Source: Anthoceros angustus | Lineage: Eukaryota; Plantae; Anthocerotophyta | Direction of reading: 5' to 3' | NCBI GenBank assembly: GCA_010909165.1 | Contig: MU008187.1 | Span: 438,247 to 502,246 of the forward strand | DNA: 64,000 nucleotides | Part shown: positions 1 to 12,890 of the stretch, piece after piece | How positions within the stretch are numbered: the first letter of the stretch is position 1 | Layout of the letters: each line of letters starts with the position of its first letter | Translations under genes and position numbers: made by a program | The notes under the pieces: model-generated | The model's database searches: none | The model's input: the letters and a program-made list of their open reading frames with translations, nothing else | What the model was told of the DNA's origin: nothing

Positions 1-675
1 ATCCGTATCCCATCACAGATCTGGCGCAATTCAATTCAATTCAATCCGGCGCAAATTCCACCTTTGCAAATTGGGTGCAAAAAGTGCGTGAAGGATCCCG
101 TAGGCGAAGGCGGTACACAAACAGCCGTAGGTGGTGAGGTGGATCGGGTACAGTGTACGTATTTGTGTGTATCGTTTTGAGGAAAAGTTTCGTAGCCCTC
201 GAGTTTCTCCTTCGTCTTGCGGCTTACAGCTTGCCTGCTGCAGCTGCTGCTACAGCGCGCGTGCGGGCTGCCTTCGCTGCTGCTGCTGCTCCCGGGGCAT
301 CGCGCGCCCGCGTCGGCCGAACCCCTGCCTGCACTGATCGCCCGCCGCGCCGCCGGCTTCCTGGATCCTTCTGCTGTTTGCTCGGCCATAGCTGCAGCAT
401 CCTGCACGGCGGAGCTCGGCTGGGACGGGCGCGGGGCTCGCGCATTGGATTCGCGGCTGCTGGAGCTCGGAGCTGGCGGAATGCGGGGGAGGATGGGGCG
501 GTGAGCCATGGGTGGAGGGACGGCGTGGTTGGACTTTGCGGGCGGGAATTGCGTCGTGAGGGTTGAATTCCAGGGCGGAGGGGCTGGAGCCTGAGCGGGA
601 GGTGGAGGTGGATTGGATTGGACTGCGGGACTGTGGGACTGGGGGGCGGGCGGGCTTAGCTAGTTGGTGAAGCTC

Positions 676-3007
676 ATGAATGCTGGCGTCGAGATGTTTG
701 GGGTAATAGCGGCAGGCTCTTCTCTGCCTAACATGGCCAGCTCCGTGGGAGTGACGGAGGAGGGTTCTAAGAAGATCCGTAAGCCTTATACCATCACTAA
801 ATCCAGGGAGAGCTGGACGGAGCAGGAGCACGATAAGTTCCTGGAAGCGTTGCAGCTGTGAGTTTGCTTGTGCCAGACTCCATCTGCGGTGCGGGTTGTG
901 GGTTTGCTTGGGGCACCTGTTGGTGTTGGCGGTCGCTTCTGATGCCCGCGGCCGCTTTGTGGGATGGATGAGGTTCGTGTGTTGGGATGAGGTGTCGGGA
1001 TTCTCACGCCGCCGCCTTGCCTTCCCGTGTGCGTGCAGGTTCGATCGAGATTGGAAGAAGATTGAAGCTTTTGTTGGTTCCAAGACTGTTATCCAGGTTT
1101 GGGAGCCTCAAAACCTTACTTACCCTCGTCCACTTTCTCCTGTCTCAATGGTGGTGTAAGTGTGAGTCGGTGTGAGGGGGAAGCAGCTGGCGCTGGGGTG
1201 GGTGGAGTGTGGGGTGCCATCAATCATGCTGCCCTCTCGTTGATGCAGATTCGGAGCCACGCTCAAAAGTATTTCCTCAAAGTACAAAAGAATGGCACTG
1301 GAGAACATGTGCCTCCTCCCAGGCCTAAGCGCAAGTCTGCCCAACCGTATCCTCAGAAAGCACCCAAAAGTGGTGAGGCCCATCTCAAGGCTGCTATGTC
1401 CATGATGCATCATGTCCACATTCTGTATCTGTCCAGTGCGCTCTATCTTATACCTGCTTTTCTGTTTCAGTCCCAGTACAACCTCTCGTTTCTCGTGCAT
1501 TGCCTTCTTCCACTGCACAGGCCGATCCTATCTACGCTATGGGGCAGCAGCAGTGTGCTGTCTATGCTGCTTCCGCCACAACGAGTCCTACAGTGTCTGC
1601 ATGGGTGCAGCATTCTGTTCCGCCTCCTGGTACAATAACATATGTACCGAAAGGTAAGTTTATTTCTCATCTTGGACTAGCAAGTTATTTTTTAGCTTGG
1701 ACTATTCTCATGTGGCGTTTGCAACTACCCATCAAGCACCATTGCTTGTTCCTTTCCGTCAGGTTTTTCACTCTGTTGTGGCCCTCGCGCAGATGGAACT
1801 TCCGTCGGCTTGATGGTAGGCAGGAATCGGAGCAGTAGCAGCACTGGGAGCTCTTCTGGAGGATGGGTGCAACAGATCCTACCCGCTGGAAAAGTTAACC
1901 AAGAAGCCTCCTTGCGAGGCATGTACTTGGATCTTGTCTTTTGCTACTTGTCTTTCCTGGAGCGCTTAGTTGTGAATTTGAGCTTTAGATATTATGTGCC
2001 TAAGTGCTTATTTCAATTTCCCTTGTTCTGTGCTTTCTTGCAGCAACTCCAGACTTTGCACAAGTATACAAATTCATTGGTAGCGTATTTGATCCTGGGA
2101 CTGCTGGCCATTTGAAGAAATTGAAAGAAATGGCACCAATAGATAGAGAGACGGTAAGGAGTTTTGAGGCCAGTCGCATGCCCGGTTGGCTGTTAGGCTC
2201 ATACCTCTCGTAGAGCCAAGCTTTGTTACTTATATGGATGCTCATATGTTGCAGGTCTTGCTCTTGATGAGGAATCTCTCCATCAACCTTTCCAGTCCCG
2301 ACTTTGAAGAACATGTAAGTTGTCCCCCATTTTGATTGTCATTCCACTCGTCTCTTTGCAGCTTTCCCCATCAAATCTAATGTATCCCCTCGTTCATTCT
2401 TGCCAGAAACTGTTCTTGTCGGTGTATGATATTGCTGTGGAAACACGACCTGCTGCAACCGAAGATCAGATAAATGGACCATCAACAGCACAACCAGCGC
2501 CATCAGCATCGGTAGGGATGGTGCAAAGGCTGTCTTGAGGGTGAACGTGGTGGCGTGCACACATCTTCTTCCAAGCTAATCCCTTCTTATCTGCAGGATG
2601 CTGGAGATGATGATGCATCTGTATCTGGTCAACCTGGGTGCTCAACTCAAGTAAGTGAAAGTGCTGATTCAGATAGTCATATGGAATCTAAGTCTCGGCC
2701 ACAGGTGCCAGTAACTGCGTATCCTGAGAAGTCAGCTGATGTCTCGCAAAAGCATGGGCATCGATACAATGATGGTGGGGGAGGTGGTGGAGTCCTAGGA
2801 GGGACTCCATGTTCTTTTGCCGGCATTCCTTCGTCACCTCAGTTACTTGAAGCAGCTCCTCCTGCAATGCAGCATCCCCTTGGGGTACAGTCTCAACAGC
2901 AGGGTGCATCCGCAGGTTCAAGGATACCAGAGGTTTATGGCTTGGGTATGCCTCCTCTCGTGCCAAGGGCAGCTGATGGAGCGGGCGTAGATGCATGGTG
3001 GAGTTGA
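676..3007 (+). CDS. RVE: REVEILLE/LHY-CCA1-like single-MYB clock transcription factor (LCL clade, RVE4/6/8-like), multi-exon
   Basis: Exons give [30 protein letters not shown]|[19 protein letters not shown]|[16 protein letters not shown] (SHAQKYF MYB) and the LCL domain [16 protein letters not shown]...[11 protein letters not shown]|[22 protein letters not shown] introns e.g. 858-1038, 1097-1248. The last exon 2597-3007 is inferred from an in-frame GT-AG intron at 2512-2596. Confidence 0.93.
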
Positions 3008-3573
3008 CCCTGTACCTTAAGTGGTTGTATCAATAGTTCGCGTTTTTTCCTGTGCTAAATATTTGTGAATACGACATGTCCTGATGTTTGCTTCTTTCTA
3101 GGGAGGGTAAGATCATTTGTCGAAAGTAAATTTTTCTAGCAAATTGTCCATCGCAGAGTGTGTTATAGTCGCGGTCCTTGTTACAGTTCGCAGCTGAGTA
3201 ATGTCTCAGGAGTGTAAAATTATGAGTAGCATATGCGTACTATAGTGTAAGTAGAATACTAGTGTGTTGCAGTCAGGCGTTGTTCTCTCGTCGGCAAGCA
3301 ATTTCTAGTCCAAATTTTGATGAAACCCCATGGGGTTATGTATCTGTTGTGGGGAGACATCTACAATACAGTATGGTTTCCGTGCAAGCTCTGCGTCGTT
3401 TGCTTCTACTGCATTTGTCGTTTTCCTTATGCCTTCTGCTGTGTGGGCATAGAAGAAGCATTGAAAAAACCGCCCAAACGCAAAGTGGATCTTCAGAAAT
3501 GTGATGGACATCATTCTTTATGTGGAGAGAAGTATCATTTTCTATGTTTGCACACAGACAAGTCAGTTGTAGA

Positions 3574-6500
3574 CTATGCGTCCTGCAAAATCCTCTGGCA
3601 TCTTACAATTCCTGCAGTTCCGCCGTAAGCTAACCAATCGCTCTTATTCGGGTTACTGTTCCATCTGAGCCTATTGATAGAAACAACCTTGAAAGGAAAC
3701 TCCTCAATGGGGGGCAACAGCAACCCTTGGGGTGTGCCATCATCATTATTCGAAGGAGGATCGCATGCATCCTCTACATCCATCTCTCCACCACTGTCCA
3801 CACGCTCTGCCTGGCTGTGCCTAGAAAGATCTGCGGTCGCCTTGCTACCTTTTTGGTTTGCCTTGCCCTCGCTACCTGCACGTACAGGAGGAAGGAAGGT
3901 GCCCCCACCGGCAGCTCTCAAGGCTTGATTCATCGTGGATGCAAACCCCCTCTTGGACCGAGGCGTATTGGTCCACTCAGTGAGTGACTTCTTCATTTGA
4001 ACAGGGCAGCTCTTCTGCTCCGGTACAATCAACAATGGTCCAGACTCTGAGCTGGCAGCCAATGCTCCGATGAGGAAGTGGGGAGCTCTGTGTCTGGCAG
4101 CAGGATTTTGAACAGCCTTGTCCGTGAGCTGTAAGCACAAAACATACCCAGAATTGTGTACAGTTAGGGCAGGAGTCGAGCAGAGCACCAAGTTGTGTTA
4201 GCTTCCTTAGATCTCCAGAATGCTTCCAGCATAAAATATACGACCATCTGCACCAACAAGGTCCATCGCCTCACCTCAAATTGGATGACTGAACCATCTG
4301 CCCCACAATAAGCAACAGTATCTGTTCACACAGTTTCCCTATGTCAGATACAGTGTCGTCACAACCCAGGCAATATTCTGAACATAATTCTAAAACGTAC
4401 AAACCAAAGAACTCGGATCCATGACGTGTGCAGTCCTCAAGCAGTTTGTCATCTCCCTGGTCACTACAATCGAACTTAGTGGTTCTGTTTTGGAACTTAC
4501 TTCTCGACCAACAAGCTTGGATGCCCCAGATTGCAAAGGATGAGCAAAAGTAACTGTGCAGATTCTGAGTCTGGGGTGTGCCCAAGGTATTTCCAGTCGG
4601 TTCTGAGTCAAAATCTGTAGCCGTCAAGTTCACCAACCGCACGGTTCCATCATCCATGCAGAGCAGAAGACACCTAAGACACCAGCAAGTGCACCGATAT
4701 CAAAAGTCATGAAATTTGCATGAGTCTCAACATACACTTCAGTATAGCACTTACTTTGGGTGCGCTATCCAATTCAGCCCCAAAATCCATCCTCTCGATA
4801 TCTGCAGATCCCAGATAGGCTGAAAAGGACCCCTGCAAGAACCGACTACATAATCAAACGCTACAGCTCCAGTGACAGACGCACAAAAGGTGAGAAACTC
4901 ACGGTATCATGGACACAGCACAAAGAAGATCCAGGGTTGAAAGAGATAAACGGCAAGCAACATAAATGTGGAACCCAGTTAGTTTCGAACATTATTATGA
5001 TTTGCAGACAACAAAGAACGTACCGAATATCCCAAAAGCGGACGAATCCACTGTGACCAGCAGTTGCAATCAAATGCTCCCCAGCAGAACCGCTGCCATG
5101 GATTTGTCAGAAAAGACCTGGTAAAACTACCAAGTTATAGCAACAAATCAAGCACTTTATCCTACCTGCCATACGGTGCCCAAGCAACAGCTCGTATTGG
5201 GAAAGAATCAGCAATGAATGACATCAATGGTCGGGCTTCTGCAGAGACCAAACACCACTTCAGTACATTTGCATCTGCCTCGTGTACAACATCAGCATGC
5301 CACTTCAGAAACGTATAATTCAGGTCTTGGTCAGCCCATCTATAAGATAGATCTATCTTACGGAGCCTGCAAAGGAAAACTTTACCTTCCCCAGCAAGCG
5401 CTGAAGCGTCGAATTTCCACAATGCAACCTACACATAAAAAGGTTCTGTTCAATACTAACACACGTTAGGTCTTATTCTCTCCATCCTTTCATAACATTT
5501 GCGAGATGACCCTAGTGTAGGCTATGAGCTTACTGATCCATCATGGCAACCAACAAGAAGCAGATCATAGGGAGCCCAGGTGGACCACTCCACCGCCAGG
5601 GGAATACTGCATATTCCGGAACATCAGTAAACACTGTTCACAACGACGAACAATAATCCGAGATGCTGGAAAGAAAGAGATGTGCCGAGATTAGTCACTA
5701 CTCTTACCTCTTTTGACCTCCACTGCAGAGATCAGAGCATCGTAAAGCAGGTTCAATCCTCACAAATAAGGTGCCAACTTCAAACATACCTGGCAGAGGA
5801 ACGTCAAACCTGAAAGATAAAAGACGTTAAATACCCGCTACTCAGGAAGGAGGTCCAAAACAATCCTCAATTCCCAAGAGGTCTGAGCGACAGAATGTGA
5901 GGGCAGGCATACTCACACTTGCACCGAACCATCGCCAAGAACCACAGCTAAGTAGCCAAGTCGCAACATCTCTCTGTCCTCAGGATCATGCTTTAAGTCC
6001 ACGGCAACAGGCCTCCACTTTGCATCCCACGTAACCAGCCCATCATGTACCAAACCTAGAACCACGCCCGAGAGATCGCAGTCTGCAGCAGAGCCCGATA
6101 AATTCACTCCACTTGATGTCTGCTTGCTGATGTCTAAAGCAACCTTTCCTCTAGCTTTGTCCTTTAATCTAACTCTCAGCTTGCCGCTCATTGTTGATAG
6201 GTTTGTATCATCTAACCCATGAGCAATCTGCTCCCCACCTGCTTCATCTCTTTGACCTGTGGGTGGCTGCACAGAGCCACTCCCAGCGGCTCCATCATTA
6301 CTGCAGTCATGACTATCCTTCCCAGAAAAGGGCCCTACCTCAGACATGCCCGTCTGGGGGAGAGAGCATACACCGGCCGTGCCTTCCATTGGAACAACAT
6401 CCCTCTTCAGATTTAATGCGTCTGCAGAGATTTCAGCCTGGCTCTCCCAGCCACGAGCTGCAAAGTCAACGGCCCAGATTTGCACCAGCCCCTTTCCTGA

Positions 6501-9500
6501 CAAGGGCTGGCCCAACTTTGTGAATGGTGTATCCCCAGGATGAGTCCCTACAGCAAGAAACTAAACACAGCAAAACATCAGCAGCAGACACTGAAAGCAA
6601 TAAACTTTAGCTCACAGCTCAGTTGCATTTATCGTAATCTAAAAACGAATCAACAATATGGAAAATGGTCCAGCTCTTTCAAACCTCTGCTCGGTGGTCT
6701 TGATCAATACAAGGCAGTAAAGGCCACCCTGGTCTCGTGGGGCACCAATCTAAAGCCCAGACAGACCCTCCTGCATTTAGCACGACATCGTTGCTGCAAT
6801 TACAGACGCCAATATTCAGTAGTAAGCAATAGAAGGAGAAGGTGACTCCACTCGTCCAATCCTGGAAATCACAGTGCTCTAACAACAAAAAGGACCCAAT
6901 GTTCCCTAAAGACTTGCTTGTTTGACAGAGAAAGGTATTCTAAGAGCTCACCATGTTTTCATTGTATTAGGTTCGACTGAATTGGGTTCACTGGCAGATG
7001 CTCCCAGCTGATGTGAAAAAGAGAACAGTGGTTAGTACAGGGGCTCTCTGACCCGTGAAACAAGTGTAAGAGTTAAGCAATTTCACAAACATCCAACGAA
7101 CATCACAAAAGTAACGCCCCTTCCACTCCAACGCCAGAAAACACAGAACGTACATCTGGGACGATGGCAGCTGTGAATAGGGGCAAAGTGAAGCCCATGT
7201 GTTTGTCATCAGCGTCAGACGTGTAGCGTAATTCTGGCGACTTCAGAGGAAATGAACAGTAGCTTTGCCAGTCTCTGGCATCATACGTTAGACACAAATG
7301 GGACAGAGTTACTGTAGTGATGATCATGACCAATTCATACGATCAGATAAAGTCGACATGAAAACTTGCAACAGGAACAGCTGCAACAAACGTGTCAAGA
7401 TTGTTTTCACTCATCGTGTAGAACATACGGTATAACAGTGATCTCAGAAAGCCACTTTGAACGAGTTTCATGGATGTCTTCTAGCGATCTCAACCCCTGT
7501 GGCCCTGCACGCTCCTGCTCCTCGCTTCCACCTTCACCAACATCACGTTCGCCAGTTTTAACTTCCTGCTCCTGATTAGCTTCCTTCTTCCCTCTCCCTC
7601 TGCCTCGGCCTCTACCTCTGCCTCTCCCTCGCCCCCTAGTCTTAACATACTCAGCTTCAATTTCCTCCCTGCCCTCCACAACATCGGCCCCGCTTTCACT
7701 GCCCTTGATTCCAGCATCCTCTTGCACAATAACTTCGCCATCCACTCCTTCGGCTATTATCTTATCTCTTCCACTACTACTGCCCCCCTCAGTACCCTCC
7801 ACAGCCACTCCCCCTTCCATCCCTACAGCCTCAGCTAGTGTTTCCGCCTCCATTCCTCTCCCTCGCCCTCTCCCCCTTCCTCTCCCTCTACCTCTGCCCC
7901 GACCTCGCCCTCTGCTTTTCTCAATGCTGTCCATCCCGATTTGCTCCTCAGTCCCTGCCTCCTCCCCCAAACTCACGCCCTCCACTTCAGCGTGCTCTTC
8001 CTCCACAGCCCCTGCCTCAGTTCCTGTTCCTCTCCTCTCCTCCCTCTGCCTCTGCCCCGACCTCGCCCTCTCCTTTTCTCAATGCCGCTCATTCCAGTTT
8101 GCTCCTCAGTCCCTGCCTCCTCCCCAAACTCACGCCCTCCATTTCACTGCGCCTCCACAGCCCCTGCCTCAGTTCCTGTTCCTCCTCCTCTGCCTCTCCC
8201 TCTCGGCCCCGACCTCGCCTCTGCTTTTCTCAATGCTGTCCATTCCCATTGGCTCCTCAGTCCCTGCCTCCTCCCCCAAACTCACGCCCTCCACTTCAGC
8301 GTGCTCTTCCTCCACAGCCCCTGCCTCAGTTCCTGTTCCTCTCCCTCTCCCTCTTCCTCTGCCTCTGCCCCGACCTCGCCCTCTCCTTTTCTCAATGCCG
8401 TTCATTCCAGTTTGCTCCTCAGTCCCTGCCTCCTCCCCCAAACTCACGCCCTCCATTTCACCGTGCGCCTCCTCCACAGCCCCTGCCTCAGTTCCTGTTC
8501 CCCTCCCTCTCCCTCTGCCTCTCCCTCTCCCTCGGCCCCGACCTCGCCCTCTGCTTTTCTCAATGCTGTCCATTCCCATTGGCTCCTCAGTCCCTGTCTC
8601 CTCCCCCAAACTCACGCCCTCCATTTCAACGTGCTTCTCCTCCACAAGCCCTGCCTCGGTTCCTGTTCCCCTTCCCCTCCCTCTACCTCTCCCTCTGCCT
8701 CTGCCTCTGCCCCGACCTCGCCCTCGCCCTCTGCTTTTCTCAACACCGTCCATTCCAGTTTGCTCCTCAGTCCCTGTCTCCTCCCCCAAACTCACGCCCT
8801 CCACGTCAACGTGCTCCTCCTCCACAGCCCCTGCCTCAGTTCCTGTTCCCCTCCCTCTCCCTCTCCCTCTGCCTCTCCCTCGGCCCCGACCTCGCCCTCT
8901 GCTCTTCTCAGTATCGTCCATTCCAAATTCCTCCTCAGTCCCTGTCTCCGCCCCAAAACTCACGCCCTCCATTTCAACGTGCTCCTCCTCCACATCCCCT
9001 GCCTCAGTTCCTGCTCCCCTTCCCCTCCCTCTACCCCTACCTCTACCTCTACCTCTGCCCCGTCCTCTTGCTTTCTCAATACCGTCCATACTCTCGCCTC
9101 CAAATTTCTCCTCAGCCCCTGTCTCTTGCCCCACTTCTGTGCCACTCACGCCCTCCACTCCAACGTCCTCCTCCTTCACAATCCCTGCTTCGGTTACTGC
9201 TCCTCTTCCTCTTCCTCTCCCCCTACCCCTCCCTCTCCCACGCCCCCTGCCTCTGCCGCTGCCTTTTGAGCTCTCTTCCTGAACTCCTTCTACTTCCATG
9301 GCTCCTGCGTCACCCCCTCCTGGCCCAGTAGTTCCAACATTCTGCCCATCGTCCTCTCCTCCTTCCTGTCTCTCCACCATGTCCACTCCACCCTCCTCAC
9401 CCCTTCCTTCAAGACCTAAACCTTCAGTCTCCATTCTGAAACTTCGCAAATCCACCTCCCCTCCTTCCTGCTCCTGCCTCTCCACCACCATGTGCTCTCC

Positions 9501-10116
9501 ACCCTCCTGCACATTCCCCTCAAAACCTAACCCTCCACCTTCTCCCCCTCCCTGCCCCTGCCACTGCCCCTCCACCACGTCCTCTCCACCCTCTCGAACC
9601 GTTTCCTCCACACTCACACCACCTTCAGCTCCTGCTTCATTCGTGACAGTCCCCCCTCTCCCAGCCCCTCTCCCTCTCCCTCTCCCCGGCCCAAATACCG
9701 CCAGCTTCACAGCCCCTCCATTCTCCTTTCCCTCCACACCACCTCGCCCTCTCCCTCTCCCTCTTCCCCTTCCCCTCCCTCTGCCCCTCCCTCCCTCCCT
9801 CTCCCTGCCCCCTCGTACTCGGTACCTCCTCCATCTCACCAGACGAGCTTCCCGAATCCGCGTCTGCCAATCGTGCTCGTTTCCTCCCTTCCTCCCCAGA
9901 GCCTGCTCCCTCCGCTATCCCCTGCCCTGCATCTTCTCCATTCCCGCCTCCCTGGCCTTCATCCCCTGCTCCTGAAGCACCATCTTCGTTTCCGTCAGCT
10001 ACGGGCCTCTTGACGCCTCTCCTGTTCAATTCAGCCGAGTCAGGGGTCCCAGCGAGGAACGGCACGTGATCCTTGTCAGCCGACGGTTCCCCGTCCCCAG
10101 CTTCCATTTCAAACAC
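3574..10116 (-). CDS. WD40-repeat protein, TFIIIC subunit (GTF3C2/Tfc6-like) homologue with N-terminal (RG)n/acidic repeats, multi-exon
   Basis: Exons contain LNAGGSVWALDWCP, GLVQIWAV, LVHDGLVTWDAKWRP, LGYLAVVLGDGSVQV, GHSGFVRFWD and the C-terminal WLAYGGTAGIVRCQ, the layout of the plant AT-hook/WD40 TFIIIC-type protein. The first exon (~10116-7410) has apparent frameshifts near 9800 and 8010-8220 inside low-complexity repeats, probably sequence errors. The start is uncertain. Confidence 0.78.
7585..9810 (-). repeat. Coding tandem array: about 12 (RG)n blocks, with about 8 near-identical 150-180 bp units (GRGRG...TGTEAGxVEEEHxExEGVSLGEExGTEExxGMDxIEKS)
   Basis: Seen directly in ORFs 8169-9839 and 7407-8006 and in the recurring plus-strand text ctgcttttctcaatgctgtccat...cccccaaactcacgccctcc. 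Confidence 0.95.
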
Positions 10117-10960
10117 TCCAGCTTCCTGCCTACGATCCTGCCCCCTGCCTGGTTTTCACGTGGGACAGAAAAGGATGGCAGCCTTTACTGGATCATCCAA
10201 TGCACGCCGCTGTGACGCCTTCTTGCCAAGTCAAGTACGCCGGTTGGGGAGCTGCAACATTGACAACAACCTGACAGTCCGATCCTTCGTCATCCTCATC
10301 GTCGTCGTCCACACTCGTTCCCGTGCCTTTCCTTCAAAAACTCACACCCTGCACACAAATCAAGTCGTGGAATTAGCGTTTGCCCTTTCATTACTGGTTT
10401 CTACCGAGGAACTTCCAGCCGTGTTTCATCTGCAATGTTCATGATAACACCCCCGCTAATCATAACCTAATCTAGATTGATTCCAGATTCGATGTAAACC
10501 GTATTATCTACTATTCTTTGAAAAAACTCTGTGCAATTTACATTTCTAGGTCAAGATTGTCAATGAGACCTACCTAGGTCCATATTTGTTCCACAAAGAT
10601 GGGATAAATCTATCGAGGAGAATTATCAAGGTCGCTCTAAAAACAAAAAGAGAAGATTTTATTCGAATATCCGAACCCCCTTCTCTGACATGTAAACCCT
10701 CTTAGCACACTCCATACAGTCCCAAAACAAGCATTTTAGCATGGTTTGAAAATAGGGCGACCCTTGTCCAAGAAGGGTTGACGTGAAAACCCGTTTCAAA
10801 CACAACGCAACAGTTAATCCAAGGAAAGGCGGCCGGCGCCTTTCCTTACTTTATGAACAAGAGAGAAAAATGATAACATCACTTGGCTAACTGCAATCGT
10901 TCCAAAAGTCTTTACAAACAAAGAGAAGAAGCACATCTATGTGCTTACCAAACCATTCAC

Positions 10961-12190
10961 CTACTCTATAGGGCTAACTTGGGACTCCTCAGGTGCTAGA
11001 GCCAACTCCGAATCCATCACGATGGCTAAATTTCGCATCCGCTCCACTTCCCGTTCATCGAAGCTATCGTTCTCCCCCAAGGCCCTTGAGTCTTCGTTGC
11101 GTCCTGCGTCGTCGTCGTCAGGAGTCGGTGAAGGCTGCCAAACATTATCAAGGGTTTGCTGACCCTCTGCCAAAAGGGCTCCAGTTTTGGTCTTCAGCCG
11201 TCGAGCATTCAAAGAAACCACCTGCGCTTGCAGAGAGTCCTTCTCGCTGATACACACCTCCTTGGCCCAGAATTGCGCAAGTCTTCTGCGGTGGGCCTCG
11301 AATGTCAATTCTTCGTCAGCATCTGGTAGCACCTCATACCCATTGATCCGCTGTGGAATATATCCTGCACACCTCAAGTCAGCCTCAATAGCAATACAAT
11401 TTCGTCCACACAATAGGGCCGCCAATAACGTTGTCCCACTCCCAGAGCAAGCGTCCAAAACCCAAACTCCCTCTTTGGAGAAGGTTTTGATAAGTTTCAT
11501 CATAAGCCCCAGAGGCCTCTGGTATGGGCATACCACCAGCTTGTCTTGTGACATGTACACCTGTTTCTTCACAACCGTCTCATGAGCGATTACAGACTCC
11601 CATTGTTGAAAGTACCGTGCATGGCATTTGGCAGCATTGGAACCCTATCCCCTGTGCACGCATCTTTCAGTCCCCAACCCACCGTGACATATTCCACGGT
11701 TTCAAACCCACCCCTGTCATTGTTCATGTTCGTCTTGTCCCATATAAATGAGACCAACCCCCCTTTCCTGCTCCACTTCCGCATCGACTCCCTCACAGTG
11801 TGAGCCTCCTCCACACCATGCATCACAATCATTCTCAACTCATCGCATGTTGTTTTCTCTGCAAAGCTCTGGAAAACAGTATCCATCATCTGCTTGTCCA
11901 TTCGTTTGTCCATAGGCCCGATTTGAAACCCCCTTGGAAGGTCAATCACAAGAAGTGTGTACTTGCGTCCTCTCAGAAATCCTCGCATGTCTAACACATC
12001 TCTGCTTTCTACTTGGTATTGTACTTGTTTTTCCGAGGATGGAACATTGAAGACCTCTAATCCTTCCTCAAGGTCCTTGTCCGCCAAAGCACGCTGCTCA
12101 TCCTCCAGTCCTTTCCAATTATTAACTTCAAAAATGAAATGTTGGAAGACATCTGGAAGTTTGGACAGGACCTCAATATCCTTCAGTTGC
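10961..12190 (-). pseudogene. Beta-class N6-adenine/N4-cytosine DNA methyltransferase domain (N6_N4_Mtase-like), one frameshift near 11620
   Basis: Motif IV-like YTLLVIDLPRG (11932-11943) precedes PYQRPLGLMMKLIKTFSKEGVWVLDACSGSGTTLLAALLCGRNCIAIEAD (motif I, 11429-11455), the beta-class order. The two halves are in different frames. Confidence 0.85.
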
Positions 12191-12299
12191 TGCCAAACAC
12201 AGGATTGTTAGGCTAAACCGCAAAAAAACAGAGACAAGGGCGCCGGCCGGCCGGCGCCCTCGAGGACCTTGCGACCACACATGTGCAGGAAACTCACCT

Positions 12300-12890
12300 T
12301 TCCAAAGCAAAAGCAGTTTGAAAGCGGGACAGCATCTGGTCTGTCGAATGCAACGGATATTCTTCCCGTACCTCCTCGAATGAAGAGCACCCCAGGTGTT
12401 TGACCATCGCAACTTGTATGACATGGAACTTCTTCCGCAACGTGATCTCCTCATCCATGCCCTTCAAATCAATCACCCAGCTTAAAACTTTTCTCGTAGT
12501 CACTGAATTTGCTGCCCACACTCTCCACCTGGTATCCCTTGGAAGGATTTCCATGGCTTTGCCAACATGTCCTTCGGCTTCACATACACAGTGTCCACTT
12601 GCTTCTGCTCGTCAGCCACCTTTTGCTTCCCTTTCCCTTTCTTGCTTATCCCCGCCGGTAAATGCTTCTTATGTTCCGGTAGTTCTCTAGCCTCCCACTT
12701 CGAAAAAATCGAGTCCACATTGTCCCAAACCTTTCCCTCCTGCTTGGCAATCGAGGGTAGACTACAGGGAAAGACTCCCTGGAGGTTCTCGCTGTTTGGT
12801 GTCAAACTCATAGCAACCGGCCCAAGGAAGAACTTGCTGGTGGAGGCCGACCCCAGGCAGTTGTGCCGTAAGGGCGAGTCGAAGCCAGTA
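12300..12890 (-). pseudogene. Middle exon of the ParB-MTase gene (helical linker region), one frameshift near 12530
   Basis: ORFs 12500-12811 and 12294-12554 join into VWDNVDSIFSKWEAREL...KPKDMLAKPWKSFQGI...VIQVAMVKHLGCSSFEEVREEYPLHSTDQMLSRFQTAFALE. A GTGAGT donor follows at ~12300 and an AG acceptor at ~12205 leads into the MTase frame. Confidence 0.55.

Noticed and set aside
36-509. 157-aa minus-strand Ser/Ala-rich ORF at the window start
   Set aside because: It has no recognisable domain and lies in GC-rich promoter or 5' UTR sequence where long ORFs arise by chance. It may be the UTR of a gene beyond the left edge.
7705-9975. Long plus-strand Pro/Ser/Leu-rich ORFs (525, 497, 442 and 225 aa)
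   Set aside because: They are antisense shadows of the (RG)n/acidic coding repeat, which lacks stops in several frames.
10821-10847. Hairpin as a Helitron 3' end or bacterial terminator
   Set aside because: There is no CTRR terminus at the expected distance, no Rep/helicase, and no U-tract in a bacterial context. It is treated as one of the GC palindrome family.
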